Shown: positions 19,331 to 29,448, counted from the first letter of the stretch. The stretch: 64,000 bases of DNA from Bacteroidales bacterium (GCA_020636845.1 JACJXD010000006.1:29153-93152); one strand, 5' to 3'. Numbers and translations: made by a program. Notes: generated from the letters alone by a model not told the origin.

Positions 19331-21757
19331 TTAAAATTCTACAATAATTCCGATGGTTGGAAGGATAGTTCCCGATCCGTTACCTGCTATTTTCTTGAGT
19401 ACGTATCGCGATGGGTCGTTGGAATCAACAATCGGATTGCCGTTTGCATCGGTTGCCAGCGTGTATATGGCTCGTTCGTCACCTTTAAAGTTATACACGT
19501 TTTGAATGTCGATGTACATGCTTAGCGTCCATTTGCGGTAGTAAAACATTTTATCAATTCTAAGGTCAAGTTGATGAAATGCCTTGTACCTAAGCGTGTT
19601 GTACTTGGTATAATCAATTACGGCTTGATGGTTCACATCCCATATTTCGATTATTCGTGATAAGTCCAGATTATATGGCGAGTATGGAGCACCTCCTAAG
19701 TAGCGCCATTTAAACCCCATTGTCCAACCTTTATTAAAGTCGCGGTTTGCAGTTATGGTTATCAGGTTTCTGTTATCCCATGCGGTTGGAATCCAGCCCG
19801 AGGAGGGTTTAAGGTTACTGTCCATCCTTTTGCTTTCGCTTCTAACCAGTGTATATGAAATTAGCGTGTTGAATCCCCATAAATGCTTGTTTCTGTACAG
19901 CAACTCAATGCCATAGGTTCTTCCTTCGCCAACCGATTTTACGGGTTCATCGCCAAACGTTCCGTAATCGGCACTTTTGCTGGAAATTGATATTGAGTCG
20001 ATGAGCGATACGGGGTAGTTATGGTACAACTTGTAAAAAAGTTCTGCCGAAAAACGGCTGCTTTCGGTTGGCAGCCATTCTATGCCTGTAACAAAATGGT
20101 TGCTCTTAATGTATTTCAGATGATTTTGCTTGTTTACCAACTCCTCGGTGGTTGTGGAATATCCAAGGGTGGTGTATGGTGGCAGCTGGTAGTATATTCC
20201 CGTGTTGAAATTGAGGAAGATGCCATTATGGATTTTGTACGATGCCGAAAAGCGTGGACTAACCGTTTTAAGCAGGTTTTGCATTTCCGTTGAATAGTTA
20301 TTAGCATCGGCTCTTACACCTATCGATAGGGTTAACTTTTTAAAGAAAGTTTGGTTGGCCTGCCCAAATGTGTTCCACTTAAATAGGTCTAAATTTGTTT
20401 TGTAAAGTTCGGGCGAAAACACCTGCTCAATGTATTTTGCGCGATAGGTATTGTTGTAATAGCGTGCGTATTCTAATCCTGCCCCGTAAGTGTAATTTAT
20501 TCGGGATTTGTAAGTACCGCTTCTTTCGTACCTGAATTTGTTTTCGGATTCCCACGAGGAATAATCCAGAAGTTTTGGCATGTTTTCGTTGTTGTCGGTG
20601 TACTTGTATTGGCTATTATCCAGCATATTTCTGCTGATGATAAACGATTCGCTGCCATTTTCCCTGTAATACTTGTAAACAACGCCTAGGGTATAACTCC
20701 ATTGCTTGTAAACCGGAAGGTAGCCAAGAATATACTGTTGGTAATCGTCGGGATTTTTTAGTCCGGTATTCAATTCAAAATCGTCAATGGCTCCCAACCC
20801 TATAACGGTAAGTTCGTGCTTGTTGTCGAAACGGGTTTTAAGTTTGAACTGAAAATCGTTATATGTTGGTAAAAATGGAAGTTTTAGCGCATTGAAAAGG
20901 AATTGGAGGTAGGAGCGGCGAGCCGAAAATATAAACGTGGATTTTGGGCTAACAGGCCCATCTAGGGTTAGGGCAAAATCCGAGGCGCCTGCCGATGTTT
21001 TAACCCTTAGCTTGTCTTTATTTCCATCAACCTGACGGAAGTCCAAAACGCTGCTAAGCGCATTCCCCTTGTCGGCGGGAAAGGCTCCCGAGTAGAAGTT
21101 TACCTCTCTTATAAAATCAACGTTAATTATGCCAACCGGCCCTCCCGACGACCCTTGAGTGGCAAAGTGATTTAGGTTGGGAATTTCTACCTCATCCAGA
21201 TAAAATCTGTTTTCGTTTGAGCCACCGCCTCTTACAATTACATCGTTGCGGTACGACAGCGAAGAGGCTACACCCGGTAACGATTGAATTACCCTGCTAA
21301 TGTCCCTGTTACCTCCCGGATTACGCTCTATTTCGTCGATGCCAATTCTTCGGAGCGATAAAGGTGCATCGCTGCTTCTCCGGAATGTGGACGCTTTTAC
21401 AACCACATCCTCTAGTTGAATGGGCGCTTCTTCCAAAGAAATTTCAATATAGTTTGCTTTGGCATTGGTAACTAGCAGTGCTTGTGTTATGGCTGTTTTA
21501 TACCCAATGGCAGATGCTTTTAGTTCTATCCAGCCGGGCTTTAGGCTATTCAAAACGAAATACCCTTCGGCATCCGACGTAGTTCCGATTGTTGTTTCAA
21601 ACACAACAATGTTTGCAAAGGGCACCGGGGCATTATTTTTCGAGTTTAAAACCCGTCCCTTAACCGTTCCGGCTTCTTGAGCGTTAGCGTTTAGGGCAAA
21701 AAGCAAAATGCCTGCCATCCCAATGAGTATGCTGATAGTGTGTTTTGCTACTTGCAT
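19331..21757 (-). CDS. TonB-dependent outer-membrane receptor with CarboxypepD_reg-like N-domain
   Basis: 808 aa. The signal peptide is MQVAKHTISILIGMAGILLFALNANAQ. GTVKGRVLNSKNNAPVPFANIVV is the CarboxypepD_reg-like part and DEIERNPGGNRDISRVIQSLPGV is the plug. The beta-barrel is Tyr/Asn-rich and ends in ..GIIVEF. Confidence 0.88.
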   Translation of the reverse strand: MQVAKHTISILIGMAGILLFALNANAQEAGTVKGRVLNSKNNAPVPFANIVVFETTIGTTSDAEGYFVLNSLKPGWIELKASAIGYKTAITQALLVTNAKANYIEISLEEAPIQLEDVVVKASTFRRSSDAPLSLRRIGIDEIERNPGGNRDISRVIQSLPGVASSLSYRNDVIVRGGGSNENRFYLDEVEIPNLNHFATQGSSGGPVGIINVDFIREVNFYSGAFPADKGNALSSVLDFRQVDGNKDKLRVKTSAGASDFALTLDGPVSPKSTFIFSARRSYLQFLFNALKLPFLPTYNDFQFKLKTRFDNKHELTVIGLGAIDDFELNTGLKNPDDYQQYILGYLPVYKQWSYTLGVVYKYYRENGSESFIISRNMLDNSQYKYTDNNENMPKLLDYSSWESENKFRYERSGTYKSRINYTYGAGLEYARYYNNTYRAKYIEQVFSPELYKTNLDLFKWNTFGQANQTFFKKLTLSIGVRADANNYSTEMQNLLKTVSPRFSASYKIHNGIFLNFNTGIYYQLPPYTTLGYSTTTEELVNKQNHLKYIKSNHFVTGIEWLPTESSRFSAELFYKLYHNYPVSLIDSISISSKSADYGTFGDEPVKSVGEGRTYGIELLYRNKHLWGFNTLISYTLVRSESKRMDSNLKPSSGWIPTAWDNRNLITITANRDFNKGWTMGFKWRYLGGAPYSPYNLDLSRIIEIWDVNHQAVIDYTKYNTLRYKAFHQLDLRIDKMFYYRKWTLSMYIDIQNVYNFKGDERAIYTLATDANGNPIVDSNDPSRYVLKKIAGNGSGTILPTIGIIVEF

Positions 21758-22134
21758 AGTGTAAGTTACTCTTTTTCTGTGAGAAACACATTATACACCT
21801 GTTTTGTTTAAATAAAAATTAATATAATGTCTTATTTGTGTATTTTATACTATAAAATAATAGACAGTTTTAAATAAGATGAACAAAAAAGTTTTATACC
21901 GTTAAAATGAGGTTGAAGTAAGATATAATCTCGCATTTATAAGGGCGTTTTGTATTCGAATACTTTTAAATCCTACAAATTTTGACTTTGCTAAGCATGA
22001 TAAATCAGCTATTTTTATATTGAATTTGTGTTAGGTAAATAATTGATATGGAAAAGCATTGGGTTGAAAGTATAGCGCCGCTAATTCGGCAATATGGCAA
22101 GCGAAAGCATCCTTTGGATTACGCGAACCGTTAC
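21735..22134 (+). repeat. Direct repeat copy A (receptor 5' end, intergenic promoter region, first 29 codons of nth)
   Basis: It aligns collinearly with 29845-30227 at roughly 85 percent identity by eye, with a few short indels. Copy A is continuous with intact genes on both sides. Confidence 0.9.
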
Positions 22135-22668
22135 CAGCTGGTTGTAATGGTTATCCTGTCGGCGCAGGATTCCGACAAGCACATTAACGAGGTTGCCAAG
22201 GATTTTTTCAAATCTTACCCGACAATGGCCGACCTTGCCAAGGCAAGCTTGGAGGACATTCAACGACTTATAGGTTCGGTACGAAACTTCGGTAATAAGT
22301 CTAATTGGCTGTATAAGTTGGCAGGTACGGTTGGCGACGATAGTAAAATACCTACCACTATGGCCGAACTAACAAAACTTCCCGGAATTGGACGGAAATC
22401 GGCAAATGTTATAATTCGGGAGTCCGGCGATGTTGCAGAAGGCATTATTGTTGATTTGCACGTGTTACGGGTAGCTCCCCGTTTGGGCGTTGCTGCGGGA
22501 ACTAAACCCGAGAAGGTAGAAAAGCAGCTGATGGAAGTTTTTCCTGCATCGATGTGGAACGAGGTGGGGATGTCGCTGTCCTTTTTAGGTCGGGAAACTT
22601 GCCGACCCACCAATCCTAAATGCCCAAACTGTGTTATGAAAACAGTTTGTGATTATTACAATTCCTAA
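22048..22668 (+). CDS. nth: Endonuclease III (DNA glycosylase/AP lyase)
   Basis: 206 aa. The helix-hairpin-helix is LPGIGRKSANVI. The C-terminal 4Fe-4S cluster loop is CRPTNPKCPNCVMKTVC. Confidence 0.9.
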   Translation: MEKHWVESIAPLIRQYGKRKHPLDYANRYQLVVMVILSAQDSDKHINEVAKDFFKSYPTMADLAKASLEDIQRLIGSVRNFGNKSNWLYKLAGTVGDDSKIPTTMAELTKLPGIGRKSANVIIRESGDVAEGIIVDLHVLRVAPRLGVAAGTKPEKVEKQLMEVFPASMWNEVGMSLSFLGRETCRPTNPKCPNCVMKTVCDYYNS

Positions 22669-22728
22669 GGATTATTGTAGTAATGATATAATGAAGTTAG
22701 CATTAATTGAAAAAATAAACAGCAATAA

Positions 22729-23448
22729 ATGAATAGGCAGATAATAAATAACCTGTACGAATTCTGGAAACAGATTGGAAAATTGAATAACAGATTAGTT
22801 GAAACAAAAAAATATTCAGCAGTTTCAATGGATAGTTCAGATTGGCCAAATCGAATTTTTGATTTACAAAAAGACAATGAAGTCGTTGAAGAAATAAAAG
22901 CACTTAGCAAGAAAAATGAGTTGCCTGAAATAATTACATTAACAAAACCATATGATATAAATATTGACTCCGACTTTGATTTTATGTTTAGACAAAAGAA
23001 TATGGCTCTGAATTTAGATTTAGTCTCTAAACACACAATGCAAAACTCAAAAATCAAAAGAGTAAGAACTGAAACAGATTCAATATATTTTGCAAAAACG
23101 GCCTCTGAATCCTTTGGTTATCTTGTTGACCACAATGTGATTCTTGAAATTGTAAAAAACTCTAAAAATATCAGACTTTATACATATCAAGAAGAAATAG
23201 AATGCCTTGGTTGTGGCATAGTGTTTTTTGACTCTAGGAACATTGCCGGATTACATATGATTGGGACACTTCCAAGAGGTAGAGGAAAAGGAATAGGTAA
23301 AAGTATGACTGAATACTTATTAGTAGAAGCTAAAAAAAATAATATTAAAACGTGTGTTCTTCACGCTTCATTAATGGGAGAACCGATTTATGCAAAATTT
23401 GGATTTAAGTCATTTGGAGAAATTGAAACTTATAGAATATTGAAATAG
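22729..23448 (+). CDS. GNAT family acetyltransferase
   Basis: 239 aa. GTLPRGRGKGIGKSMTEYLL fits GNAT motif A. The gene is AT-rich relative to the flanking core genes. Confidence 0.65.
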   Translation: MNRQIINNLYEFWKQIGKLNNRLVETKKYSAVSMDSSDWPNRIFDLQKDNEVVEEIKALSKKNELPEIITLTKPYDINIDSDFDFMFRQKNMALNLDLVSKHTMQNSKIKRVRTETDSIYFAKTASESFGYLVDHNVILEIVKNSKNIRLYTYQEEIECLGCGIVFFDSRNIAGLHMIGTLPRGRGKGIGKSMTEYLLVEAKKNNIKTCVLHASLMGEPIYAKFGFKSFGEIETYRILK

Positions 23449-23611
23449 ACAGAAACAACTAAAGCTAACATTTTGTATAAGTAATGGCAGGGACAGTGCT
23501 AAACATCAAGGTTTGTAGCCCGCCCAAACTGCACAGCGGTTTGATAGGAAAATACAACGCAAACCGCTACTGCTCATACTCGGGAATGTTTACTCAAAAA
23601 CATATTTTCTT

Positions 23612-24757
23612 TTATTCTGAAGCGGAGAGGTGTAAATGTTTTTTTCTCCAGACTGCCGGCGATTCTCCTGCGATGCTCTTAAACTGCCGGCTAAAGTTGG
23701 AATGCTCGGTATAGCCAACCATCTCTGCTATTATGCTTAAAGGCCTATCAGGATAGTTAATTAAATATTCCTTGGCTTTACTTACCCGTAAGGTGTTAAT
23801 CCAGATATTAAAGTTTACTCCTTCTTCGCGATTAATAAGGATTGACAGAACGGTACGTCCCACACCCAGCTGTTGAGCCAGAACTTCAATGTTTATACCT
23901 GAATTAAGGTAGTACTGCTGAGCTAAAATTTTTTCTTTTAAGGGCTGCCAATTCTGCTTAATACGGTTTTTACGGGAATTTATAAATGTCTCATCTTCTT
24001 TGGCTTTAACAGCCAGCTCAATAATAGTAAATACCTTATTGTAGTTTATATACTTGATGGCAAAGCCAAAATAGAACGAAGCATAGGTGAGAATAAAAAT
24101 CCAATAATATTTTGTTGGAGCAAGATTCGATAGCATTGCTAAGAGTCCTATGCATAAGGCGCTAAAAAAAGCAATTCGAACCCATTTTAGTTTTAACCAT
24201 ACCTCGCCGGAAAAGTAGTTCATCAATTGGTTTTTACATTTTTTTTCTTCCCTTAAAAATAGCCAGGTATAAAAGATAAGCTGAAAAATGTAAAACAAAT
24301 AGAAGAGTATTCGAATCCAAAGGGTTGGATTATGCATATACAACGGTATTTCGCTAAACGCTGAAATAACCGGATTTCCGAAAAAGTAACGGGAAATAGA
24401 AAACAGCACGATGAAGGAGATAATAGGACTCAGGTGAAAGAGCAGGTTTTTCAGGTTAACAACATTGGTATTGAATAACATGATTAGGGCAAATGTAAAC
24501 ATAAACGCCTGCAACGAAGATATTCCGATAACTGTAATCGTAAGGTGTTCTTGTGAATAATTAGTAAGTTTAAACAGAAGGATGATTAAGTGCAATACTC
24601 CTAAAGTTAAATAGGCGGCGGCAAGTATTTTAAGCGAAATACGATATTTAAATAATTCCTTTTTTTGAGGTACCTGAATGGTCAGGAAAACAGTTCCCAT
24701 GATAAGGCAAACTAAACATTGAATTATACCTGCCAGTGAATTCGAATCCGTTGTCAT
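23612..24757 (-). CDS. Membrane-anchored AraC-family transcriptional regulator
   Basis: The N-terminal ~270 aa are multi-pass hydrophobic. The C-terminal HTH_AraC region is LAQQLGVGRTVLSILINRE ... IAEMVGYTEHSNFSRQFKSIAGESP. I prefer the start at MTTDSNS (Met23 of ORF 23612-24823), but it is uncertain. Confidence 0.75.
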   Translation of the reverse strand: MTTDSNSLAGIIQCLVCLIMGTVFLTIQVPQKKELFKYRISLKILAAAYLTLGVLHLIILLFKLTNYSQEHLTITVIGISSLQAFMFTFALIMLFNTNVVNLKNLLFHLSPIISFIVLFSISRYFFGNPVISAFSEIPLYMHNPTLWIRILFYLFYIFQLIFYTWLFLREEKKCKNQLMNYFSGEVWLKLKWVRIAFFSALCIGLLAMLSNLAPTKYYWIFILTYASFYFGFAIKYINYNKVFTIIELAVKAKEDETFINSRKNRIKQNWQPLKEKILAQQYYLNSGINIEVLAQQLGVGRTVLSILINREEGVNFNIWINTLRVSKAKEYLINYPDRPLSIIAEMVGYTEHSNFSRQFKSIAGESPAVWRKKHLHLSASE

Positions 24758-24988
24758 GCAATCTTTCTTTGTGAAAATTAAAAGTTCAAAGTAAGCAAAG
24801 TTCCGGTTTACCATGCCGTACAAAACCTTTTTTTTTCATAACACATAGAAATTTGTAAGAACGGACAAGTTTTTCAGAAGCCGAGTAACCGATTTATTAG
24901 GTAGTCAATACCGTGAAATTTTGTGTAAATATGCTGATTAATAGGTGATTGCTTGGCTTATTCCATTGTTGTTGTTTTGTGAAATTTG

Positions 24989-25019
24989 TCAAATCGTACG
25001 CAAATATTGAACGATTTGA
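24989..25019. promoter_or_regulatory. Inverted repeat in the divergent AraC / cargo-protein intergenic region
   Basis: TCAAATCGT is followed by 13 nt and then ACGATTTGA (9-bp arms). It is a candidate regulator binding site. Confidence 0.3.
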
Positions 25020-25178
25020 TAAGCTTAAAACAGCTAATTATAATTTCCTTTAAGGCATAATATTTCACATGATTTTTAACCATTTGCCGGAATGTTCAAA
25101 CACATTAAGCCTTTGCCTTTGGCGATGGCTATCACACGAAGTGTTTTTATCCGATAACAATAATTTAAAGTAAACAAA

Positions 25179-28100
25179 ATGAAAAAAAATGTACTTCTGT
25201 TTTTGGCGTTTTTTCTTTCGCTAGGCGCATGGGCAACTGATTTTACAGTGGATGGCGTTGCTTATACCATTACCGATGCTACCAACAAGTATGTAAGTAT
25301 AGGAACGGGTAGTAATGCTCCGGCAATCGGTACCTCTACTGTCGGGGCGTTCACAATACCTTCTTCAGTTTCTTATAATGATATAACCTATTCAGTTACC
25401 GCCATAGGGGGATATGCGTTTTATTATTGCAGCGGTTTGACATCAGTAACCATTCCTAATTCGGTTACCTCCATAGGGGAGTATGCGTTTTACAAATGCG
25501 GGTTGACTTCAATGGACATTCCGGGTTCGGTTACTTCTATAGAAAAGGCTGCATTTCTTTACTGCACTAGTTTGACTTCGTTAACCATTCCTAACTCGGT
25601 TACTTCCATAGGCGGTTCTGCCTTTTATAATTGCAGCGGGTTGACTTCATTAACCATTCCTAATTCGGTTACCTCCATAGAAAATTATGCTTTTACTTAT
25701 TGCAGCGGGTTAACATCATTAACCATTTCGAATTCGGTTACCACTATAGCAGATCATACTTTTTATGGTTGCAGTAGTTTGACTTCGATAACCATTCCTA
25801 ATTCGGTTACTTCCATAATGAAATATGCTTTTTACCAGTGTAGTAGTTTAGTTTCCGTTACCGTCCCGAGTTCGGTTACCTTTATTGGAAATGTTGCTTT
25901 TAGTAACTGCAGCAGTTTAGAGTCTTTCTATATTAACGGCAACGATCCTTCAAGTATCTCATTAGAAGCATCGGTATTTTTAAGTTCGCCTGTAACAACC
26001 TGTACCCTTTATGTTCCATCAGGTTCGAAAACATTGTACGCTTCAGCCTGGCAATGGAGTGATTTCACTAATATAGAAGAAGTAACGCTTACTGTTTCGG
26101 CATCTACTGCCAATATTGCGGCTGCAGCTTACAGCACGGCTACTATTGATGTAACTTCATCCAACACTACATGGTCGGTTAGCAGTGATCAACCGTGGCT
26201 TGCTGCTACACCTGATTCTGGAGATAGTGATACCGTACTTACCCTAGTGGCTTCGGAAAACCATACTTCCGCAAGCCGGACAGCTACTGTTACCGTTTCT
26301 TCGGATATGCTTGATATAACCCGTACTATTGAGGTTACGCAGACAACAGCAGACAATGCCTTGGACTTCGACGGGATCGATGATTTTGTAAATTGTGGTG
26401 TTTATAACCCAACTTCTTTTACAATGGAGGCGTGGGTTTACCCTAGCGTAGTAAATGTTGATCAGGCTATTGTTTCAACGCTTTCGGGAATTTACGGCAC
26501 GGGTTGCGAGTTGCACATTGGCTCCGATGGCATTCCTGTATTTTCCATTAGTAATGGTAGTTGGGTCGATACCAAAGGTACCGATGCTATCAGCGCTCAA
26601 AAGTGGACTCACCTTGCTGCTACATACGATGGTTCAACTATTAAAGTGTATGTTAACGGAGAATTAGCAGGTTCGACTTCAAGTTCCGTATATAATCCTA
26701 GTAGCTTCGAAACGTTTATCGGTAGGCGGGCCAGTGACCTCTACTACTTTAAAGGCGCCATTGATGAGTTGCGAGTATGGAATTCGGCTCTTTCGCAAAG
26801 CCAGATTGAAGCGAATATGTATAATGATATTGAAAATCCGGAAACAACCGACGGCTTAATGCTTTACTACCAATTTAATCAGGGCACGGCAGGCGGTAAT
26901 AATGCTACTATCACCTCCCTTAACGACGCTTCGGCTTCTGCACAAAATGGTACTCTAAGCAATTTTGCCCTTACAGGTTCTGCCTCTAACTGGGTAGAGG
27001 GATGCCATGATATACTTAACGTATCGTCTTTTGAGGTAAGCATAGGTGCAGCAGCCAATAGCACAGATACTGTAAGAGTAATTTCTAATACTACTTGGGC
27101 TACATCCATCGATCCGTCGTGGTTGAGTGTGGACCCGTCCTCGGGAAGCGATAATGATACGCTTACATTTACAGCCGTTGCAAATCCATACGCAAGAATA
27201 CGCAAGGCTTCCGTAATTGTTTCGGCTGATCATGTTTCCAGTCGAACCGTTACGGTAATTCAGGATGCTGGAGCGCCTACGCTAAGTGTTTCATCACCCA
27301 CCGTTAGTATAGATGCCGCAGCCAGTAGTACCGCTACGGTAGATGTAAATTCCAATACAACATGGACAGCGTCCAGCGACCAAACATGGCTTTCCCTAAG
27401 TACTGTTTCGGCTACGGATAGCGTTACGCTTACCTTAACGGCACTTGCCAATCCGACTGTTGTAAGCCGAACAGCTACGATTACTGTTTCGGCTACGGGC
27501 GTAACGAGCCAGACTATTACGGTTACGCAAGCTGCCGGAGAGGCTACGCTTAATGTTTCATCGTCAGCTGTTAGCGTCGATACTTATGCTAGCTCCGCTA
27601 CGGTAGATGTAACCTCCAATACAACATGGACAACGTCCAGCGACCAAGCATGGCTTACCGTTGATCCTGCTTCGGCAACGGGTAACGGAACAATTACTCT
27701 TGCTGCAGAAACTAATGCGACGGGGGCAGAACGAACAGCAACTATTACTGTTTTTGTGTCAAACGATGTTAATCGAACGATAACGGTTACACAACCTAAA
27801 GGCTTGCTAAGTGTTTCATCTTCTACCGTTAGTATAGGTGGTACTGATAACAGTACTGCCACAATAGATGTAACCTCCAATACGACTTGGACAGCGTCCA
27901 GCGACCAAGCATGGCTTACCGTTGATCCAGCATCCGCTACGGGCAATGGCACGTTAACTCTAACGGCATCGGTCAACCCAATTATGGAAAGCCGAACAGC
28001 CACCATTACCGTTTCGGCTACGGGTGTAGCAAGCCAAACCGTTATGGTAACACAGGATGCAGGAGCAGCAACACTTGGCGTTTCATCCTCTAATGCCAGT

Positions 28101-29396
28101 ATAGGTGGTACTGCCAACAGTACAACCACTGTAGATGTAACCTCCAATACGACTTGGACAGCGTCCAGCGACCAAACATGGCTTACCGTTAGTCCGGAAT
28201 CAGCTACGGGCAATGGCACGCTAACTTTAACGGCATCCGTTAACCCAACTGTTGAAACAAGAACAGCCACCATTACCGTTTCGGCTACGGGTGTAACAAG
28301 TCAAACCATTACGGTTACACAAGCTGCCGGAGAGGCTGTACTAAGTGTTTCATCATCTACCGTTAGTATAGGCGGCCCTGCTAATAGTACGGCTACAATA
28401 GATGTAACCTCCAATGTAACATGGATAGCGTCCAGCAGCCAAACATGGCTTGCCGTTAGCCCAGCATCTGCTACGGGCAATGGTACGCTAACTTTAACGG
28501 CATCGGCCAACCCTGTTATGGAAAGCAGAACAGCCATTGTTACCGTTTTATCTACAGCCACCGGTAGCCAAACTATTACGGTTACGCAAGCTGCCGGAGA
28601 CGCTACGCTAAGTGTTTCATCTTCTACCGTTATTATAAGCGAAACTGCTAATAGTTCTGCTATGTTACAGGTGTTTTCCAATACAACATGGACAGCCTCC
28701 AGTAGCGAAACATGGCTTTCTGTAAGCCCTGCTTCTGGAGCAGGTAATGCAACAATTACCTTAACTGCATTAACCGACAATCCTGTTGCTGAAAGTAGAA
28801 CAGCCACTGTTACTGTTTCGGCTACGGGTGCTGCCAGTCAAACTATTATAGTTAGTCAGGGTTCCGGAGCGGTTACGTTAAGTGTTTCATCAAATAGTGT
28901 TAGTATTGGGGCCTCTGCCAATAGCACTAATACGGTAGATATAACCTCCAATGCAACATGGACAGCAACCAGTAACCAGACATGGCTTAGTGTAAGCCCG
29001 GCTTCGGCTTCCGGCGACGGAATGCTTACTTTCACTGCAGAGGCTAATACAACAGGTGCAGAGCGAATTGCAACGGTTACTGTTTCGGCTGCAGATATCA
29101 TTGTCCAAGGTGTTACCGTAACGCAGGCTGCAGGTGTTGATATTATTAACGAAAATATTGAACTTGGTTCAATAAACATCTATCCAAATCCTGTAGTGAA
29201 TGAATTAACTATCGAAGTCAAAGACAATAGTCAAAATGTGAATTTTGAGATAGTGGATATAAATGGAAAGGTAGTTTGCAATGGTAAAGTAACGGAAAAA
29301 ACGATCCTTTCAACCAGTGGCTTTGCTCCCGGTATGTATATTCTGAAACTCGAAAGTTTGGGCAAAATTAAATATGAAAAAATAGTTAAAAAGTAA
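25179..29396 (+). CDS. Secreted cell-surface protein: BspA-type leucine-rich repeats, BACON, LamG-like lectin domain, 8 tandem BACON domains, T9SS C-terminal sorting domain
   Basis: 1405 aa. The signal peptide is MKKNVLLFLAFFLSLGAWA. The unit IPNSVTSIGxYAFxxCSGLTS repeats about 8 times. LRVWNSALSQSQI marks the LamG/ConA-like part. The BACON units read LSVSSSTVSIGG.ANST.T.DVTSNTTWTASSDQ.WL.V.P.S..GNGTLTLTA..N...ESRTATITV. The tail INIYPNPVVNELTIE...GMYILKLES is a Por/T9SS CTD. Confidence 0.9.
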   Translation: MKKNVLLFLAFFLSLGAWATDFTVDGVAYTITDATNKYVSIGTGSNAPAIGTSTVGAFTIPSSVSYNDITYSVTAIGGYAFYYCSGLTSVTIPNSVTSIGEYAFYKCGLTSMDIPGSVTSIEKAAFLYCTSLTSLTIPNSVTSIGGSAFYNCSGLTSLTIPNSVTSIENYAFTYCSGLTSLTISNSVTTIADHTFYGCSSLTSITIPNSVTSIMKYAFYQCSSLVSVTVPSSVTFIGNVAFSNCSSLESFYINGNDPSSISLEASVFLSSPVTTCTLYVPSGSKTLYASAWQWSDFTNIEEVTLTVSASTANIAAAAYSTATIDVTSSNTTWSVSSDQPWLAATPDSGDSDTVLTLVASENHTSASRTATVTVSSDMLDITRTIEVTQTTADNALDFDGIDDFVNCGVYNPTSFTMEAWVYPSVVNVDQAIVSTLSGIYGTGCELHIGSDGIPVFSISNGSWVDTKGTDAISAQKWTHLAATYDGSTIKVYVNGELAGSTSSSVYNPSSFETFIGRRASDLYYFKGAIDELRVWNSALSQSQIEANMYNDIENPETTDGLMLYYQFNQGTAGGNNATITSLNDASASAQNGTLSNFALTGSASNWVEGCHDILNVSSFEVSIGAAANSTDTVRVISNTTWATSIDPSWLSVDPSSGSDNDTLTFTAVANPYARIRKASVIVSADHVSSRTVTVIQDAGAPTLSVSSPTVSIDAAASSTATVDVNSNTTWTASSDQTWLSLSTVSATDSVTLTLTALANPTVVSRTATITVSATGVTSQTITVTQAAGEATLNVSSSAVSVDTYASSATVDVTSNTTWTTSSDQAWLTVDPASATGNGTITLAAETNATGAERTATITVFVSNDVNRTITVTQPKGLLSVSSSTVSIGGTDNSTATIDVTSNTTWTASSDQAWLTVDPASATGNGTLTLTASVNPIMESRTATITVSATGVASQTVMVTQDAGAATLGVSSSNASIGGTANSTTTVDVTSNTTWTASSDQTWLTVSPESATGNGTLTLTASVNPTVETRTATITVSATGVTSQTITVTQAAGEAVLSVSSSTVSIGGPANSTATIDVTSNVTWIASSSQTWLAVSPASATGNGTLTLTASANPVMESRTAIVTVLSTATGSQTITVTQAAGDATLSVSSSTVIISETANSSAMLQVFSNTTWTASSSETWLSVSPASGAGNATITLTALTDNPVAESRTATVTVSATGAASQTIIVSQGSGAVTLSVSSNSVSIGASANSTNTVDITSNATWTATSNQTWLSVSPASASGDGMLTFTAEANTTGAERIATVTVSAADIIVQGVTVTQAAGVDIINENIELGSINIYPNPVVNELTIEVKDNSQNVNFEIVDINGKVVCNGKVTEKTILSTSGFAPGMYILKLESLGKIKYEKIVKK
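27013..29139 (+). repeat. Tandem array of 8 BACON-coding units, period about 264-267 bp
   Basis: Long stretches are nearly identical at nucleotide level between units. One example is gtagatgtaacctccaatacgacttggacagcgtccagcgaccaa, which recurs at about 27870 and about 28130. Confidence 0.9.
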
Positions 29397-29410
29397 CATG
29401 TTTCTATGTA

Positions 29411-29448
29411 AAAAGGGCTGTCTTAAAAAGTTGAGACGGCCTTTTTTA
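29411..29448 (+). terminator. Rho-independent terminator after the cargo gene
   Basis: The stem ggctgtct/agacggcc (one G-U pair) has a 10-nt loop and is followed by ttttttatttt. Confidence 0.75.

Noticed and set aside
23484-23714. Plus-strand ORF of 76 aa after the GNAT gene.
   Set aside because: It overlaps the 3' end of the AraC gene on the opposite strand and has no motif. The only notable content is the 22-nt junction-like sequence, which I reported separately.
27013-29139. Regularly spaced repeats that might be taken for a CRISPR-like array.
   Set aside because: The period is about 265 bp with no short unique spacers. The units are in frame and translate into BACON domains of one continuous 1405-aa protein. 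No cas genes are present.
26879-29179. Series of long minus-strand ORFs (108, 92, 63, 229, 168, 107, 72 aa) antisense to the cargo gene.
   Set aside because: They lie exactly over the BACON tandem array. Their Val/Ala/Thr/Ser-rich repetitive translations mirror the sense-strand Thr/Ser/Ala/Val codons. They have no independent start context and no motifs.
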